A stretch of 20,616 nt of DNA from Paraspadella gotoi (taxonomy: Eukaryota; Animalia; Chaetognatha): the NCBI GenBank assembly GCA_051294375.1, contig JBJCIZ010000235.1, forward strand, positions 1 to 20,616. The letters are read 5' to 3'. Each line of letters begins with the position of its first letter. Position 1 is the first letter of the stretch. Made by a program: the position numbers and the translations under genes. Of the stretch, positions 19,611 through 20,616 are shown one piece after another. Below the pieces are notes generated by a model. The model ran no database searches, was not told where the DNA came from, and worked only from the letters and a program-made list of their open reading frames with translations.

Positions 19611-19998
19611 GCTATTGATGAGCGGGGTTTTCCGTTGGTCGCTCACCCTTCTGAGAGTATCTATATCGTAGGATTTAATGAGTCGTTAGAAATCAAGAAC
19701 TGGGGGTAAGGCAAAAGGTAAGCATCGGTTAACGATAGAAACAGAAATGATCTCTCAGGTAAGCTCGGCCTAGCCACTATTCAAATAACATGAAACGCAT
19801 AAACCAATAACTATATATATATAAAAAACCCCGACGATGGCCAACTAACATTAATGCGAATATGTATGAAATAGAATCATGATTAATCAAAGCATTGAAA
19901 TAACAATGAACTGTATTGTTTATAAATAAATATCGATTGTTTATATTTTTAAAGACTTTTACAAAAGGTAAATAAGGTCGACGGACCACGACGAGAGT

Positions 19999-20616
19999 TT
20001 ATGTCCAACAGATACTTTCCCCTTTATAAAATCTGAGCGTCCCGCTCAGTGTCCGTTTTTGAATTGGGGACCTTTCAAGGAGAGTCTTCGCGTCTTCTTT
20101 TTTCTCTCAATAGCGTGGAACGAATCAAAAACAGACCTGTCGCAAAACCCTACACAAGGGATACAAATATCGCTCAATGACGAAACGACTTGGCAGTGAA
20201 GGAACGACTTCCCCGCTGAAGTGGAGGGCACCGAGTGGCAAGAATTTTCCCTTGGTATGAATTCCGCCAATGAAATCGACCGTCGACAACGGCCGCGAGA
20301 ATATGCATGTGTCCCGCGGCGTGAGAACATTGTAAGGAGACTAGTGAAGTTGACAATTGAAGAACTTTGGATCCATTTTACTTTGAAACGTGAATACAGA
20401 GTTTATGCTTAATTTTGTGAATATATTGGTTATGCCATACTTGGTGAGTGAAGACTGGAGAATAATGGAAGATGCGCGTTTCGACACGAAATGTGAGAAA
20501 ATTAGTTTCTTTGGCGCAATATTCTTTAGAGGCATGAGAAAATGCCCTGAGAATCGAAAAATGTCACTCCTCTCACTTATGATGGTGCCCTCTCCGCAGT
20601 CTGGAACGAGACGTGG
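19999..20616 (-). pseudogene. Possible decayed ORF of unknown identity entering from the right edge
   Basis: One minus frame runs ~206 codons with only three internal stops (20341-20343, 20125-20127, 20107-20109); no recognisable motif. Confidence 0.3.

Overview
AT-rich eukaryotic (probably invertebrate) repeat-dense DNA; no intact host gene, rRNA, full tRNA or CRISPR array is recognisable. The window is a mosaic of decayed mobile elements: (i) a Ty3/Gypsy 5' half on + (tRNA-Leu PBS 16775-16791, Gag with CCHC knuckle, DTG aspartic protease, dUTPase-like spacer, truncated before RT); (ii) a back-to-back BEL/Pao-like element on - (LTR plus frameshifted gag); (iii) several Penelope-like element (PLE) remnants with GIY-YIG C-terminal motifs and minimal hammerhead ribozymes (two complete at 6919-6958 - and 12788-12833 +, one incomplete near 14098-14137 -); (iv) an unusual 4-kb GC-rich block on - with a tRNA-Lys PBS followed by repeat arrays and orphan ORFs instead of recognisable gag-pol; (v) LTR-like solos, a CCA-ended tRNA-Leu 3' fragment between 18-bp direct repeats, a MITE family, a Helentron/HINE-like repeat and nested inverted repeats. 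A 25-N gap at 9324-9348 and indel-rich sequence to its right suggest unpolished long-read gap filling, so frameshifts there may be artefacts. All family calls are by-eye motif recognition, not database results.
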